Position numbers and translations under genes: made by a program
The notes under the pieces: model-generated
What the model was told of the DNA's origin: nothing
The model's input: only the letters and a program-made list of their open reading frames with translations
Databases searched by the model: none
Assembly (NCBI GenBank): GCA_033764315.1
Contig: JANRJA010000090.1
Coordinates: 1 to 25,810, forward strand
DNA from: Oculatellaceae cyanobacterium bins.114
Lineage (GTDB): Bacteria; Cyanobacteriota; Cyanobacteriia; Elainellales; Elainellaceae
Reading direction: 5' to 3'
Length of the DNA: 25,810 nucleotides
Shown here: one piece after another, positions 1 through 5,700 of the stretch
Position numbering within the stretch: position 1 is the first letter of the stretch
How the letters are laid out: every line of letters starts with the position of its first letter

Positions 1-61
1 CCTGCAACGCAAGAAGCGGCTGTTTTACAGACAGTTGCCCACGCTGATAGGCGAGCCGACC
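1..61 (-). tRNA. trnY: tRNA-Tyr(GUA), 3' end cut by the window edge
   Basis: Minus strand reads GGTCGGC TC GCCT ATCAGCGT GGGC A ACTGT CTGTAAA ACAGC, then a long variable arm CGCTTCTTGCG and the start of the T stem GCAGG. The D loop lacks GG. Confidence 0.8.
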
Positions 62-98
62 TATGTTTGGTTTTTGCTGCTCAAGGATGAGCAAGATT

Positions 99-175
99 TG
101 GCAGTGCCGACGGGAGTTGAACCCGCAAGCATCGACTTGAAAGATCGACGGCTTTACCCATTTGCCTACGGCACC
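99..175 (-). tRNA. trnE: tRNA-Glu(UUC), CCA encoded
   Basis: Acceptor GGTGCCG/CGGCACT-G-CCA; anticodon arm TCGAT CTTTCAA GTCGA; T arm GCGGG TTCAACT CCCGT. Confidence 0.92.
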
Positions 176-187
176 AAACTTTGAGAT

Positions 188-320
188 TTCTACAACGTGC
201 AAGTTTGAGAAGCTGTTTTTTCAGCCTCCAAGTTGGCGGAGGCTGTAGGAGTTGAACCTACTTCGCTGTTTAGGCGAGTGACCAGTATGTAGGCTTCTCG
301 GATGAGGGCACACCGTAGAA
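188..320 (-). ncRNA. Circularly permuted tRNA-mimic RNA, Y RNA (YrlA)-like
   Basis: The ends pair over 13 bp (TTCTACGGTGTGC/GCACGTTGTAGAA), then GAGAAGC/GCTTCTC. These stems enclose a hairpin TCGC..GCGA, a T arm GTAGG TTCAACT CCTAC, and an acceptor-like stem AGCCTCC/GGAGGCT closed by the loop GCCAACTT. Confidence 0.65.
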
Positions 321-391
321 CGCACAGACGAGGATTTGAACCTCGAACAACAGTTTTGGAGACCGTGATGTTGCCGTTACACCATCTGTGC
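321..391 (-). tRNA. trnW: tRNA-Trp(CCA), CCA end not encoded
   Basis: Acceptor GCACAGA/TCTGTGC with G73; anticodon arm ACGGT CTCCAAA ACTGT; T arm CGAGG TTCAAAT CCTCG. Confidence 0.92.
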
Positions 392-393
392 AT

Positions 394-468
394 TGGTCGC
401 AGCGGCGGGAGTCGAACCCGCAATGACCAAGTTATGAGCTTGGGGCTTTGCCATTAAGCTACGCTGCA
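394..468 (-). tRNA. trnM: tRNA with CAU anticodon (Met; elongator, initiator or Ile2 not resolved)
   Basis: Acceptor TGCAGCG/CGCTGCG-A-CCA with U1-G72; anticodon arm CCAAG CTCATAA CTTGG; T arm GCGGG TTCGACT CCCGC. Confidence 0.88.
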
Positions 469-473
469 ATGAT

Positions 474-548
474 TGGACTCCAGGGAGAGAATCGAACTCT
501 CGCTAGTTGGTTTTGCAGACCAACGCCTTCCCACTTGGAGACCTGGAG
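474..548 (-). tRNA. trnC: tRNA-Cys(GCA), CCA encoded
   Basis: Acceptor CTCCAGG/CCTGGAG with U73 (Cys identity) and CCA; anticodon arm TTGGT CTGCAAA ACCAA. Confidence 0.92.
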
Positions 549-551
549 ATT

Positions 552-633
552 TGGTGGAGATGTGGGGAATTGAACCCCAATCCTGCAACCGTCCGTTTGT
601 TGGTTTCGGAGCAAGTGATGCCAATCCATTCCC
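552..633 (-). ncRNA. Mini RNA resembling the tmRNA tRNA-like domain, with no anticodon arm and no tag ORF
   Basis: Reads GGGAATG GATTGGCATCAC TTGC..GCAG GAT TGGGG TTCAATT CCCCA CATCTCC A CCA. It has G3-U70, A73, encoded CCA and a stemless D loop like tmRNA TGGnnTCGAC. Confidence 0.6.
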
Positions 634-638
634 ACGAG

Positions 639-712
639 CGAGGATGACAGGGATCGAACCTGTGACCACTTGTCTCGGAAACAAGCACTCTCTCCATCTG
701 AGCTACATCCTC
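639..712 (-). tRNA. trnR: tRNA-Arg(CCG)
   Basis: Acceptor GAGGATG/CATCCTC; D arm GCTC..GAGT; anticodon arm CTTGT TTCCGAG ACAAG; T arm ACAGG TTCGATC CCTGT. Confidence 0.9.
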
Positions 713-714
713 AT

Positions 715-791
715 TGGGAGCCTTGACGGGGGTTGCACCCGCTTCTTTCTGGCTGAGAACCAGAACGACTTCTCTATTCGTCCACAAGGCT
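715..791 (-). tRNA. trnE: Atypical tRNA-Glu(CUC)
   Basis: Acceptor AGCCTTG/CAAGGCT-C-CCA; anticodon arm TCTGG TTCTCAG CCAGA. The T loop TGCAACC and the D loop without GG are non-canonical. Confidence 0.7.
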
Positions 792-854
792 ATACGGCTT
801 TTTTAGTTACATAGTTAGTGTTTCGCACTAACCATTAACCAGTTGAAAGCTACA

Positions 855-930
855 CGGGGATGATGGGATTTGAACCCACGATCTTTCGCTCGACAGGCGA
901 CTGCTTTGAGCCAGGCTAAGCTACACCCCC
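855..930 (-). tRNA. trnD: tRNA-Asp(GUC), first gene of the array
   Basis: Acceptor GGGGGTG/CATCCCC with G73; anticodon loop CTGTCGA; T arm GTGGG TTCAAAT CCCAT. Confidence 0.92.
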
Positions 931-949
931 AAAGGTGGCATTTATGAAG

Positions 950-982
950 TTTTCAAGGTTCAAGTTTGCTGATAAATCAGCA
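950..982 (-). promoter_or_regulatory. rrn-type antitermination boxB hairpin plus boxA
   Basis: Hairpin TGCTGA TTTA TCAGCA (967-982) followed by GAACCTTGAAAA (950-961), which matches cyanobacterial rRNA spacer boxA, about 20 nt before trnD. Confidence 0.7.
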
Positions 983-986
983 GAAA

Positions 987-1181
987 TTAGAGAAAGCAAC
1001 GCCGTTCCAAGTAATAAGTTGACTGGAGAACAGATCGTTCTTTTGTGAATTGAATGAAAGATAAATTTCCCTGATTGCATGAGTTCTCTTGAAGTGGCGT
1101 GGAAATGCCAGAAACATGAGTGAGTAAGAACTCTAAGAGCTTCAAGAGACCATTGCTTCTAGTAAGGGAATGAGTGTTCAT
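987..1181 (-). CDS. Putative leader peptide of the tRNA array (64 aa)
   Basis: ATG preceded by a GAGGAG Shine-Dalgarno; ungapped paralogous ORF at 11031-11141. Confidence 0.4.
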   Translation of the reverse strand: MNTHSLTRSNGLLKLLEFLLTHVSGISTPLQENSCNQGNLSFIQFTKERSVLQSTYYLERRCFL

Positions 1182-1204
1182 TGGATTAGCTCCTCTGTGT
1201 CTTA

Positions 1205-1262
1205 TCTCATACTACAAATATAATACAACATACTACAAGATGTCGAGGGGGTACTACAACTT
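1205..1262 (-). promoter_or_regulatory. tRNA array promoter with phased TGTAGTA operator repeats (TrcR-like)
   Basis: tactaca/taataca at 1210, 1221, 1231 and 1252 overlap a -35 TCGACA (1241-1246) and an AT-rich -10. The same layout recurs at 11169-11217. Confidence 0.7.
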
Positions 1263-1329
1263 TTTGCGAGAAGGGAGAGAACGCCTATCAAAGAAATACT
1301 TGTATCGCTCTCTCCTGATGGACTTGCCC

Positions 1330-1743
1330 CTAAGCTGGAGAGGAAATGTAGACTTCGCTCATCTGCCACAGTTTGTAGATGGAAACGCTCAATCGACCAC
1401 TCATCACGGTCAAAAACATCCCCTCGTGAGCTTCTTTGCTTTCAGCCACCCAATTACCGCTGAAGTTAACTTCTACAAAATCGTTATCGACAGGAAAGAC
1501 AGTTGCGCTGGGGTTGCATTCCTGCTGCAACACTATTTCCAACCCCTCCAGTTCGGGTAAATCCGCAGGTAATAGAAAGGAGGCATGACCGGGTTCGACA
1601 TACAGCGGTGAGAAGCAGTTCCCCCTTCGGGGTAAACGCTCTAACCGCATTGCCAGAAGCACTCGCTGAGCAATCAACAATTCGGGGTTGATCATGGTTC
1701 GTTCCATAAACAGCCCAACATCGGTGTAGTTCAGTTTCAACAT
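1330..1743 (-). CDS. alr0857-family protein
   Basis: MLKLNYT start, VEPxxASFLLP and GxW motifs; lies directly downstream of an HNH gene, the usual cyanobacterial pairing. Confidence 0.8.
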   Translation of the reverse strand: MLKLNYTDVGLFMERTMINPELLIAQRVLLAMRLERLPRRGNCFSPLYVEPGHASFLLPADLPELEGLEIVLQQECNPSATVFPVDNDFVEVNFSGNWVAESKEAHEGMFLTVMSGRLSVSIYKLWQMSEVYISSPA

Positions 1744-1770
1744 CGGTCGTGCCTCCTTTCTGGCTTGAGG

Positions 1771-2301
1771 TCAGGTGTCAACAGGGTGCTGTTCTTTCCA
1801 AAACTGCTCAGCGAAGGCGATCGCTGGATGCATCGGTGCTTTGGGTTTGGTTTTGAGTACCATTCCGGTTTCATGTAAGAGGCGATCGCCCTTGCATGAA
1901 TTACACTTCTCACAGGCAGTCACCACGTTGTCCCAGGTATGGGTTCCACCCTTTGAGCGGGGAATGACATGATCCAGCGTCAAATGCTTGGTGCTACCGC
2001 AGTACTGACAGGTGTGGCTGTCGCGGCGAAAGACTTCCCGACGATTGACTGGAGGTACTTTCCAATGCCGTTCTGGATTGCCACTGGTCAACCGGATGTG
2101 GTCAGGGATTTGTAGTACGACACTGGGAGAGCGTACTTCCCATTGCTGGGTGCTACTGAACTCCAGAGTCTCTGCCTGTCCGGTAACAAGGAGCACGATC
2201 GCCCGTTTCAGGTTGATCCGCGCCAGTGGCAGGTAGTTCTTGGAGAACACCACCACCTGATTTTGGAGTATTGGAATTCTCTGTCGCTGCTCGGTCTGCA
2301 T
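1771..2301 (-). CDS. HNH endonuclease (McrA-like)
   Basis: CQYCG..LTLDHVIPRSKGG..WDNVVTACEKCNSCKG motif; start placed at ATG 2301 behind a GAGGAG Shine-Dalgarno. Confidence 0.92.
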   Translation of the reverse strand: MQTEQRQRIPILQNQVVVFSKNYLPLARINLKRAIVLLVTGQAETLEFSSTQQWEVRSPSVVLQIPDHIRLTSGNPERHWKVPPVNRREVFRRDSHTCQYCGSTKHLTLDHVIPRSKGGTHTWDNVVTACEKCNSCKGDRLLHETGMVLKTKPKAPMHPAIAFAEQFWKEQHPVDT

Positions 2302-2314
2302 CAGTTTTCTCCTC

Positions 2315-2354
2315 AAAAAATAACCCCCGCCTCTGAACACCAGGAGCGGGGGTT
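2315..2354 (-). terminator. Intrinsic terminator / attenuator upstream of the HNH gene
   Basis: Stem AACCCCCGC..GCGGGGGTT followed by ATTTTTT, between the leader ORF stop and the HNH Shine-Dalgarno. Confidence 0.75.
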
Positions 2355-2376
2355 GGGGAAGTTGATATGGCTTTCC

Positions 2377-2595
2377 CTATGTCGGTGTCAGGATTGCCCT
2401 GCACCTCCCGCTGCTAGTGGGTTGATCCGGATTAAGCCATCCGGCGATATTGCTATCAATGCCTTCACCGACGGATTTACCGCCGCTAAACCGATACGTC
2501 CCCTCAAACGCAAACAGCACCAATGCTGTGCCTAGACCGTGTTGAGGTCGGCATTGCATGGCACTGGCTAAAGTGGCGAGAAGGATGTGTATCAT
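2377..2595 (-). CDS. Putative leader peptide / small protein (72 aa)
   Basis: ORF between the TGTAGTA-box promoter and the terminator; no recognisable domain. Confidence 0.45.
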   Translation of the reverse strand: MIHILLATLASAMQCRPQHGLGTALVLFAFEGTYRFSGGKSVGEGIDSNIAGWLNPDQPTSSGRCRAILTPT

Positions 2596-2602
2596 GGAAG
2601 GC

Positions 2603-2664
2603 TGTAGTACTTGTATTACAAATCCGAATGCTTACATACTACACTTGTAGTATTGGATTGTCCA
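2603..2664 (-). promoter_or_regulatory. Promoter with TGTAGTA operators (TrcR-like)
   Basis: TGGACA-17 nt-TAGTAT on the minus strand; boxes at 2603, 2612, 2637 and 2646, including the inverted pair TACTACA-ct-TGTAGTA. Confidence 0.65.
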
Positions 2665-2730
2665 CCCGGGAATTGAAATTTAGGATGTTCGGTTATGGAT
2701 ACACGCAAACGGGGTAGCACTTCGGAAATG

Positions 2731-5700
2731 TTAGGTGCGTTCCAGCAAGGTTGAAACCGCCTTCACTAATGTTTCTGGCTCAACAGGTTTGGTAAGGTGC
2801 CTTTGAAATCCAACCTGGATTGCCCGCTGTTGATCGATTTCGGCGGCATAGGCAGTCAGCGCAATGGCTGGAATCCTTCCACCTTGCTCAAATGGTCGTG
2901 AACGAATCTGCTGCAGCAGCATATACCCGTCCATCTCCGCCATGCCAATATCACTGACAACGACATCAGGAATTGATTGTTCCAAGGCTTGCAAGGCTTC
3001 TAAACCAGAAGCAACGGCGGTCACGGTTGCCCCACTTTGTTCTAACAAGAAAGCTTGAAACTCACGAGTATCCGGCTCATCATCCACCAGTAAAATTTGA
3101 ATACCCGTTAGTGGTAGCCCAACACCACTTTGAGGTTGGCTGGGTTCAGACACAACCGCTCTCTGTTTCATCGTTGGCAATTGCACAATAAAGGTTGCGC
3201 CTTGCCCTTCCCCCTGGCTCTCTGCCCATACGTCTCCCCCATGCATTTGCACAATTCGCCGGACGATCGCCAGCCCCAGTCCTAACCCACCAAACTTGCG
3301 AGTGGTTGATCCATCTTCTTGTCGGAAGTACTCAAACACATGCGGCAAGAACTGGGGATTGATGCCTTTACCCGTATCGATGACTCGAATTTGAGCTAAG
3401 CGATTGCCAAGCAAACTTCCTTGGGAATCAAGTTGCCGCAGTTCAACCATCACCTGTCCGCCATTGGGTGTGAATTTAACGGCATTGGTGAGCAAATTCC
3501 AAACCACCTGCTGCAACCGGGCGGCATCTCCAGAGACAAGGGCAATGTCTGGAGCTAGATCCAGGGTGATCTGAATGGTCTTTGCTTCTGCGGCTAACCG
3601 CACCGTTTCCACCGCAGCAGAAATGACATAGGGCAACCTGACGGGTGTAACGGTCAAGGACAACTTGCCGCGCATAATGCGGGAAATGTCGAGCAAATCT
3701 TCGATTAATTGCGTCTGAAGTTTGGCGTTTCGTTCAATAGTTACTAATGCTTCTTGTTGTCGGACTGGATCGAGCTTGCCGTTTTGCAGTAGTCGAGTCC
3801 AACCGAGAATGGGGTTGAGGGGCGATCGCAACTCATGGGATAGCACCGCCAAAAACTCGTCTTTGATCCGGTTCGCCCGTTCGGCTTCTTCCCGTGCCGC
3901 TTGTTCTTGCTCTAAAAGCAATTTGCGTTGGGCTTCGGCTTGTCGCTGCTCAATTAAATCTGCCGCCTGCCGCGCCAGCAAATCGAGGAATCGCAGTTCG
4001 CGATCGCTCGATCGATAATGGGTACGCCAGTGGGTGGAAACCATACCAATGGGCTTGCCCGATCGCGAGATCAAGGGGGTAGACTGAGCCGAGAGCAGCC
4101 CAACTTCGACATGCATTCGCATTGTTCCATCAGGGTCTTCGCTGGCGGGGACATCAAAATCAACGAAGCTGCGAATGTTGCTCCTGAGCGCAATGCCACA
4201 GGGGGTGTTAGAACTGGCGTTCACCCGATAGAACTGGTCAGTCATCGTTCGGTCAAAGCCCTGGGTCGCCAGCAGCAACAAATCTTGCGTCGTTTCATCT
4301 AGAATTTGCACCGTTCCGGCATCGGCATGGGTGAGAGCAATGGCGGCTGCCATAATCTCTTGATAGAGTGCCTGAATGTTCTCCTCGGTGGCAAGTCGGG
4401 CACTCAGTTCACGCAACAGTTGAGTATCTCTGAGGTCAGCGGCGATCGCAGCTTCGGTTTGTTTGCGCTCAGTGATGTTAGCAAACAGGGCGGCAACCCG
4501 ATTTTGACCGGGCGCACCACTGGGAAAGGCATAAATGTCAAAGATGCCATTCAGCGAGGGAACATCGGCTTCAAATCGGATGGCTTCCCCGGACTTCGCC
4601 ACTTGCGCGTAAAGGTCGATCCACTGCGGTTCAAAGTTTGGTGCAAGTTCGAGAATCGTTTTTCCAGCCGCATCGGCTAAACCGCACTGCTGCTCAAACG
4701 CCTGATTGACATCAAGAAACCGATAGTCGATTGGTTTGCCGTTGGCATCAAACAGCAATTCAAACAGGCAAAACCCCTGGTCGATCGACTCAAACAGCGA
4801 TCGATATTTCTCCTCTGATTCGCGTAAAGCTGTATCTGCCCAATACCGCTCGATAAAATCATCCGCCATCCACGCGAGCAGGTCAATCAACCGGAGTTCG
4901 TCGTCTCTAGGACGGTGGGGCTGCGAAAACTGCGTACTCAAGACGCCGATCGCCTTACCGTTGCGGTTCATGATCGGCGTGGACTGGGTTGCCCGGATGC
5001 CCTCAGCAGCAGCCACTGCCCCCGCCTCGGTGCCTTCCAGACCGGGATAACCAATCGTTTCCTCAATGATGAACCGTTGGCGACCCACCCGCGCTCGATC
5101 GCAGCCTTCCTTGAACCCCTCATATCGAAAGTGGTTGATAAACGGGCTATCGTCTGAGTAGCCGCGCCAGGTAAACATTTCCAACCGAGTGCTGTCGTCG
5201 TTGACCAACTGCACACAGCCTCGCTCGGTATGCGTAAACTCACAGGCAACCGCCAGAATTTCGTCAAGAGCGGTCTTCAGATCGGGCCCAGTGGCGAGCA
5301 TAGCGTATAAGTCATAAAGCCGCTGCATTCCCGCTAAGTCTGCCGCCAGTCGCGCTTCTGATTGCCGCCGGGCAGCTTCGGCACGGGCACGTTCAACGGC
5401 TGCCCAGGTGCGTTCAGCCACTTCTTCCACCAAGGCAATCTCCTCTGATGTCCATTTTCGGGGACTGGCTGAGTGAACTGCCAAGCCTGCCACAAACTCA
5501 CCCTGCTTCACGAGCGGAACACCGATGTAGGCGGCAATTTGAACGCCAGCGTAAGCCGATCGCTGATCTGGGGATAGACGAAAGTCGGTCGTCACATCGG
5601 TTGAAATAGCCGTCCGACCGCTGCGATAAGTTGCCAGCAATTCTGCCCCAAAGGACTCAATTGGATAACTTCCTCGCGATGGCTCCACGCCGTTGACGTA

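Noticed and set aside
188-320. Two-piece permuted tmRNA or an ordinary tRNA-Ser gene
   Set aside because: It has A3-U70 and G73 rather than G3-U70 and A73, no tag ORF and no anticodon arm, and the 5' acceptor strand lies downstream of the CCA.
190-814. Several ORFs of 76-113 aa over the tRNA array
   Set aside because: They overlap well-formed tRNA genes and have no protein motifs.
2665-2730. Opposite end of the Tn7-like element
   Set aside because: No TGCAA-TGT junction or inverted TnsB-like repeats were found here.
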